Source: an uncultured delta proteobacterium (GTDB lineage Bacteria > Desulfobacterota > Binatia > UBA9968). From it: 43,714 nt of DNA. The notes beneath the pieces are model-generated. The model ran no database searches. It saw only the letters and a list, made by a program, of their open reading frames with translations, and was not told the origin of the DNA. The DNA lies in contig CAVWLW010000047.1 in assembly GCA_963755715.1 (NCBI GenBank), positions 1 through 43,714 of the forward strand, in the 5' to 3' direction. Positions 38,137 through 43,714 of the stretch are shown here, piece by piece (positions within the stretch are counted from its first letter, which is position 1; every line of letters starts with the position of its first letter). A program made the translations under genes and the position numbers.

Positions 38137-40522
38137 GATGTGGGCAGCGGGCCGATGGTTTTCGGTCGGTGCTTTCATCGCGGTAATGTTTGCGATGGCC
38201 GCTCTCGCGCCTGGAGCTTTAACGGCGGAGTCTTCGCCGGGCCCTGCGAAACCGCCACTCGCCGCAATCCCGCTCACCGACGTCGCTTCCGAAGCGGAAT
38301 CGGTCACCTTCGCATTGCGCGACATACAGTCGGATCTATCATTCGATCGCAGCACCAAGGCGATCGCCGATCAGTTGCCGGCGCTGACCCGTGAGATCGA
38401 CGGTCGCTTGGTTGAGAGCCGCAAGATCCTTGGGCAAAATCCGTCGATCGAAATGCTCCTCAGTCTTGAGGGAGAGTGGCAGCGTCTGCGTCGTGAGTTG
38501 TCCGAATTAAACAGCGCTTTGACTGGCCGGATCAACGACCTCGAACGCTACGTCGCGCAGATCGATCAGCTCGGCAAGATCTGGGATGAGACCTTAGCTT
38601 CGGCCAAGGAATCGAACACGCCGCCGGAAATACTTGAGCGCATCCAGAACGTCATCAACGAGCTCCGACAAGGACGTGCAAGCGTAGACAAGCAACGATC
38701 GCGCTCGTTGACGACGCAAAATCGCGTGGGGGTTCAGGATGCGCGGATCGCCGGCGTGCTGAGAGCGATAAGTCAGGCACGCGAGCATGTGCTGGATCGT
38801 CTGTTTCTCCGCGACGGCGCTCCGCTCTGGAACCGCGCCCTCTTTTCCCGCAGCGCGCAAGAACTGCAAGAAGAAAGCCTCAGCTCGTTTTCTACGCAAT
38901 GGACCGCGCTGAGCTCGTACGCCGATCGCCAGGCGGTACGCCTTGCGCTCGGCATCGCCGTTTTCATCGGATTGGCGGCGGGGTTTTATTGGACACGCCG
39001 GCGGCTACGCCGGTTGTCGGCCGAAAACAACAATCACATTCTGAAGACGTCCATGTTCGAAACGCCGATGGCCACGGCTCTTCTCCTATCGCTGCTCGGG
39101 AGCCGCTGGCTCTACGCGCAAGCGCCGCGGCTATTGTGGGTCCTAGTTGGCGCGCTCGCGCTGATTCCGAGCGTGATCATCGTCGGGCGCCTCATCACAC
39201 CGGCGCTGCGTCCGCTGCCCTATGCATTGATCGCGTTCTTTTTTATCGACCAGCTTCGCTTGCTTGCCGCCGCGATACCGTTCTTGCCGCGCCTGCTATT
39301 CCTAGTGGAAATGCTCGGCGCGATTCTGCTTTCGCTCTGGCTGGTCCGCTCGCCAAAGCGGCGGCAATTGTGGATTTCGGCGGAACCGGACGCGCGCCCG
39401 TGGACCACGTTTGTCGGCTACATGGCATTATCGATCTCGTTCACAGCTTTTCTGGCCAATGTCCTGGGGTACGTCACATTGGCGAATCTGCTCGGCAACG
39501 GCTTGCTCAAAAGCAGCTACCTAGCGTTGATACTGTACGCGTTCGTCGTGGTTTTAGACGAGCTCGTGCAGATGGCGCTGATCTCGCGGCCGCTTGCCGC
39601 CCTCGGCGCAGTCAGCCGGCATCGGCCGCTGCTGCATCGTCGGATACACCGCGGCCTGCAGCTGCTGGCCGTCGTTTTATGGGTGTTGGGAGTGCTGCAA
39701 CAGCTTTTGCTGCGTGACCTATTGTTCAGTGCTGCTCAAGAATTTTTAACCGCCGAGCTCAGCATCGGATCGATTCACATTTCGCTCGGTGACGTGCTGG
39801 CCTTTTGCATCACCGTCTGGGCCGCTTTCGCCCTGTCGCGCTTTGTTCGTTTCCTTCTGGAAGAAGATGTGTATCCGCGGGTTCACCTCAAGCGTGGACT
39901 CTCCTACGCAATCTCCAATACGCTTCATTATTGCATCTTGGTGGTCGGCTTTTTTTTCGCGGTGGCGGCACTGGGATTCGACATGACCCGAGTGACGATT
40001 CTCGCCGGAGCTTTCGGCGTCGGAGTGGGTTTTGGATTGCAGAATATCTTTAATAATTTCATCTCGGGCCTGATCGTGCTGTTCGAGCGCCCGATCAACA
40101 TCGGCGACGTGGTCCAGATCGACGATGCTTCGGGCGTGGTCGAGCGAATCGGCATTCGCGCCAGCGTCATTCGCACCACAAACGGTTCTGAAATCATCGT
40201 GCCCAACGGAAAACTGATTTCCGAACGTTTGATCAACTGGACGCTTTCGAATCGGCAACACGGGATCGAACTGCCCGTCGCAGTGGCGCAGGACAGCGAT
40301 CCCAAACGAGTGATCGCGTCATTGGAAGGAGCGGCGGTCGCGCACCCTCTGATTATTAAAGATCCTCCGCCTCAGGCCCTGGTCGTGAAGCTGGGACCCG
40401 ATTCCCTCGGCTTTGAGTTACGCGCCTGGACCGACCACAGCGAGGAGTGGATGCAGATCCGCAGCGACCTGGTCATTGCCATTAGCTCCGCGTTGGCGGC
40501 GGAAAAAATCGCGATTCGCTGA
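38137..40522 (+). CDS. large mechanosensitive channel protein (MscS/MscK-like)
   Basis: Coiled-coil N-domain, multiple TMs, GVGVGFGLQNIFNNFISGLIVLFERPINIGD, IIVPN; start uncertain. Confidence 0.9.
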
Positions 40523-40710
40523 TGGGGAATGCCGTCTTAGGATGAGGTCAATGGGCGGATTGATAGCGACCAAACTGAATAAGACTGAACCGTTTGATTT
40601 CCTGAAGAGATTTAAGAGTGTTTTTCTTGTGCTAACCCGCATGCAATGCGCGGGTGTGAAATCAGGGAAGATAGCTTTATACTTTGACGCTACGCGGTTT
40701 AAGGGGTGCC

Positions 40711-40959
40711 TTACACCGGAGGGCGGCCCGTGAAAGCCCACTGTTCGTCGACCCATCTTTCACCGACCTTTAAACCGAAGTCATTGGCTTCTGATTCAAC
40801 TTGAAACTTTTGTGAAGCTGCCAGGATCATAGCCCGCCGTTCGCTTTTATCATTTACCCAAACTTCAACTATCGCCGTCCGCCGCTCGGCATCGTTCTGC
40901 GCAAATCGCAGCGACACTGAGATGGTATAGTCTCGATATGATTCTTTCGTGCCGTTCAC
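40711..40959 (-). CDS. hypothetical protein
   Basis: 82-aa protein-like ORF downstream of a sigma54-like motif. Confidence 0.6.
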   Translation of the reverse strand: MNGTKESYRDYTISVSLRFAQNDAERRTAIVEVWVNDKSERRAMILAASQKFQVESEANDFGLKVGERWVDEQWAFTGRPPV

Positions 40960-40991
40960 GGTTAAAAACCAACGAATTTGATTCTGTGATT

Positions 40992-41009
40992 AAGCAACCA
41001 CGATGCCAA
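40992..41009 (-). promoter_or_regulatory. sigma54 -24/-12 promoter-like motif
   Basis: Minus strand TTGGCAtcgtggTTGCTT, GG-N10-GC. Confidence 0.65.
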
Positions 41010-41195
41010 AACATTCCGCGGCTAAAAAAGGCGCGAATATACTATCCTAGAGGACTTGAGGTGAAATCATCCGCACCTCAACGTTCGGTAATTTTTATCC
41101 AGATGATTCCATTTTACAGGCCGATTTTTCGTTGATCGCGATAGCAAATTGTCTATAGCGGTCGCGCCAGGGGCGTCTTCGGATTTATGTAGACC

Positions 41196-41250
41196 TTGGA
41201 AGGGTCTGCCCGTGCACCCTCTGATGAACAAAGATCCTCCGCTTCAGGCA
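41196..41250 (+). repeat. degenerate copy of mscS 3' segment (40322-40378)
   Basis: ttggaagg...gcaccctctgat.a..aaagatcctccgc.tcaggc present at both sites. Confidence 0.7.
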
Positions 41251-41515
41251 CCGATCAAGCAGCTGAGGCTTGATGATGAAAAAACCAAGTAGAAACGTAT
41301 TTCGTCCCAGCCGCAGGCATAATTGCGAGCCTAGAACGAAAGGAGGTAACGAACAGGTTCTAATGCCAAAGCGAAAGGTTTTCCGAAAATTGTTTGGGCG
41401 CGGCCAACCGATTACACGGCGGACACGATATAGCTAGCGGATCAGCGGGCCGTGTTTGCGGGATTTTTAACTTGCTGGTTTACCGAACCGGATTGCAAAG
41501 AAAATTAGTGATTCT

Positions 41516-41930
41516 CTAACAAACTGAAACTCGGCAGTCCGTCTCAGATGGTATTCGCAGCGGAGATAGATAGCGGCGCACCACTTCTTCAAGGGCTTTC
41601 AAACTGACAGCTTGTGCAATATCTCTGCGGCGCCCGCGGCGATAGCGCTCTCGACAAAGGGTCCCTTATGAAAGGCAGTGTTGACGATCACAGGTATATC
41701 TCGCGTGGATGGATCTGCTTTGAGACGCGCCGTTGCTTCATATCTCGGCATCTTAGGTAAAGCGAGATCCATGAGTATCTGATCAGGATGCACCGCATGG
41801 GCTTGATCTAAGGCCTCAAGCCCGCTTGCTGCTTCAAAAACCTCATAGCCCAAGCGCCTGATGTACAGAGCGAATAGCTCTCGGCCGTGGCATTATCTTC
41901 AACGATTAGGATTTTCTGTTTGTGAGCCAT
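41516..41930 (-). pseudogene. single-domain response regulator with two frameshifts (pseudogene or errors)
   Basis: MAHKQKILIVEDN / GRELFALYIRRLGYEV...ILMDL...ATARLKADPSTRDIPVIV / VSLKALEEVVRRYL in three frames. Confidence 0.7.
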
Positions 41931-42456
41931 ATACCCCCACTAACATTAACAGTGCCAATCGAGGCTGTGCTGTATTTTTTGGTCACGGCGAGGGAGGCGT
42001 TACGATGTTCTTTGGCCAGATTGGAATATTCTTTCTCTTTAAAGGAATGATTTGATTTTGATAACAATTGTTATAGATGCGAAGCGTTCATTCTTGTATA
42101 TGCGAAATTTGCGCAGCAGTTTACCTCTTAGGACAACTGAAGGTTTAATACGGCCGCAGACAAAATACCGTTTGCAGCCGGCAGCAACGGAGGAACCCGC
42201 CGTTCGATACGCCTCTCGACGATCTGCCCGAAAGCGATTTGGGCCCGCTCAAGCGCCTAAAGCAAAACGAGAAAAGAGCTAGAAAAGCCCCAACATAATC
42301 CCGAATATGCTCGGCTTTTTTATTTCTACCCAATCATCGATCATCCCGAATATTCCCGGATTCAGTGAAAATCGTCTGCGAAAGTAAAATGGATTCAGTC
42401 ATTTCAGTTTGGAAATTGGCAAGAGAAATAGCCCCCCGTGTTTTCAGAGAGCGTCG

Positions 42457-42717
42457 TCAGAGAATCTTTTTCGGGTTTTCCAAGGGCAAGCCTGCAGAAC
42501 GAAACGCCTTATGTATCGAAGCGATCACGCCCGGGCAATGGCCGGCATAGAGCAGCAAATTCCGCGCTTCGGCTTCCTCGCAGCTGAGGACGGCGTTGCT
42601 GCCGAAACGCTCCAAGTGAACGGCTTTCTCAATAATCGATTTGGAGCGTGAGCCTGAAGGAATAGATTGTTTGAGACAATGAAAGCTCTTGTCATCAAGA
42701 AAAATTTTGAGAATCAT
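42457..42717 (-). CDS. hypothetical protein
   Basis: 86-aa ATG ORF, protein-like composition. Confidence 0.6.
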   Translation of the reverse strand: MILKIFLDDKSFHCLKQSIPSGSRSKSIIEKAVHLERFGSNAVLSCEEAEARNLLLYAGHCPGVIASIHKAFRSAGLPLENPKKIL

Positions 42718-42732
42718 TATCAGCGAGGAGAG

Positions 42733-42855
42733 TCAGTCTCTGTTGCGATCGTCCTGGTTGTCTTTGTGGGCGTTAATCACACTGACAATTGCCGCGACCA
42801 ACCAAAGGAGAAAGGCAACAAGCAACACCGCTGCGTAAACTAGTAATATGCTCAC
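42733..42855 (-). CDS. 40-aa single-TM small protein
   Basis: MSILLVYAAVLLVAFLLWLVAAIVSVINAHKDNQDDRNRD*, GTG start, below the ORF-track cutoff. Confidence 0.55.
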   Translation of the reverse strand: MSILLVYAAVLLVAFLLWLVAAIVSVINAHKDNQDDRNRD

Positions 42856-42883
42856 GCAAAAGCTCTGTCATTCCGAGCCCGTG

Positions 42884-42956
42884 AAAAAGGCGCTGAGGTA
42901 AGGAAGTTCAAAAGGATGTCGTATCGAAGCTGCGGTTTCCTTACCTCAGCTGGAAG
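42884..42956 (-). ncRNA. candidate sigma54-driven small RNA or leader hairpin
   Basis: 14-bp perfect inverted repeat gctgaggtaaggaa/ttccttacctcagc followed by T5 on the minus strand; promoter motif immediately upstream. Confidence 0.4.
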
Positions 42957-42964
42957 GAACCCTT

Positions 42965-42982
42965 GAGCACAGATTGTGCCCT
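42965..42982 (-). promoter_or_regulatory. sigma54 -24/-12 promoter-like motif
   Basis: Minus strand agGGCACaatctgTGCTc, GG-N10-GC. Confidence 0.5.
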
Positions 42983-43269
42983 AAGCTCAACAGGACTTTG
43001 GAGAGATCTGGTCAATGCGCGGGAGTTGAAGGCTCGTGAGATCGGCGGCAACTTTGCCTGCTAAAAGGCTCGGAGCGATGAATCAGGTCAAATTGTCGAC
43101 GCGCGCAGAGCGATGAGGCGTCTACTTGTGACGCCTGTGCAATCGCTTTTTCGGCACTTTTCGCGGCGGCGGATTGACGTCGGTAGGATTATGCTTCTTT
43201 GGAAAGACGAGCGGCTGGCCCAATGCCCATTCGGTAGATTCCTTCTTTGTTTTTTTTACCATCCCGGCA

Positions 43270-43677
43270 CTAACAATGGCCATTGGAGATGCCGTCCGGT
43301 TGGTAGTCCAGTGATAGATGTTGCTGCACTACGAGACGAAGCGATTTCAATTCGAGAGGCTTGTGCATTATTTCGTCCGCCCCCGCGCTAATAGCGCGAT
43401 CGATAAGCGGTCCATAGGAAAAGGCGGTGGTTACGATGACGGGTATGTCCCGCGTGGATGGGTCTGCCTTGAGCCGCGCCGTTGCTTGATCTCCGGTCAT
43501 CGCGGGCATGCCGAGGTCCATGATGATCAGATCGGGACGGGTCACACGTGCTAGACTTACCGCCTCAAACCCCGTCGCCGCTTCAACAGTTTCGTAGCCC
43601 GACTGTCGAAGAAAGAATCTAAGGAGTTCTCGACAATCGGAATCGTCTTCAACAATAAGGATCTTGTGCTTACCCAT
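43270..43677 (-). CDS. single-domain response regulator receiver (CheY/DivK-like)
   Basis: KILIVEDD, PDLIIMDLGMP, IPVIVTTA, HKP; all canonical residues present. Confidence 0.9.
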   Translation of the reverse strand: MGKHKILIVEDDSDCRELLRFFLRQSGYETVEAATGFEAVSLARVTRPDLIIMDLGMPAMTGDQATARLKADPSTRDIPVIVTTAFSYGPLIDRAISAGADEIMHKPLELKSLRLVVQQHLSLDYQPDGISNGHC

Positions 43678-43689
43678 GCCCGTTCTAGC

Positions 43690-43707
43690 GAGCACAAACG
43701 GTGCCGT
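43690..43707 (-). promoter_or_regulatory. sigma54 -24/-12 promoter-like motif
   Basis: Minus strand acGGCACcgtttgTGCTc, GG-N10-GC. Confidence 0.5.
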
Positions 43708-43714
43708 TCGAGTT

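Noticed and set aside
41330-41460. Possible c-di-GMP or other riboswitch (GCGAAAG / CCGAAA loops)
   Set aside because: Could not build the conserved GEMM P1/P2 pairing, and there is no clear downstream gene.
42052-42333. Short ORFs on both strands
   Set aside because: No motifs or convincing RBS, low-GC spacer; likely spurious or decayed.

Overview
GC-rich bacterial chromosomal segment. The expanded orphan XDH-family Mo subunits, ABC substrate-binding proteins, amidohydrolase and single-domain receivers suggest Binatia/Deltaproteobacteria-like origin (inference). Layout: (1) a degenerate 3' half of tRNA-Arg (possible att scar) and small accessory genes; (2) core block tadA, tRNA-Ser(CGA), tRNA-Ser(GGA), ffs, dnaX, ybaB, recR; (3) a ~14.5 kb phosphate/polyphosphate supercluster: pstSCAB-phoU-phoB-phoR, DUF47-pit, a divergent tandem pair of thymidylate-kinase-like genes, and ppx-arsC-like-sixA-CHAD, with 11-bp-spaced Pho-box-like repeats; (4) a catabolic/transport block; (5) mscS-like gene and an accessory tail with sigma54-like promoters. 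Highlights: two probable selenoprotein genes truncated by the ORF track (a secreted DUF411 protein with U-D-C-C, and a 73-aa protein with two in-frame UGA codons, U-H-S-N-U), each with a SECIS-like hairpin; PhoR fused to an intact-looking ArsC/LMW-PTP domain, with a catalytically degenerate stand-alone ArsC-like paralog in the ppx operon; and a TMK-like pair resembling the heteromeric archaeal family-3 polyphosphate kinase. Roughly a dozen single-base frameshifts in otherwise intact genes suggest sequencing/assembly errors, so fusions and splits need read-level checking.
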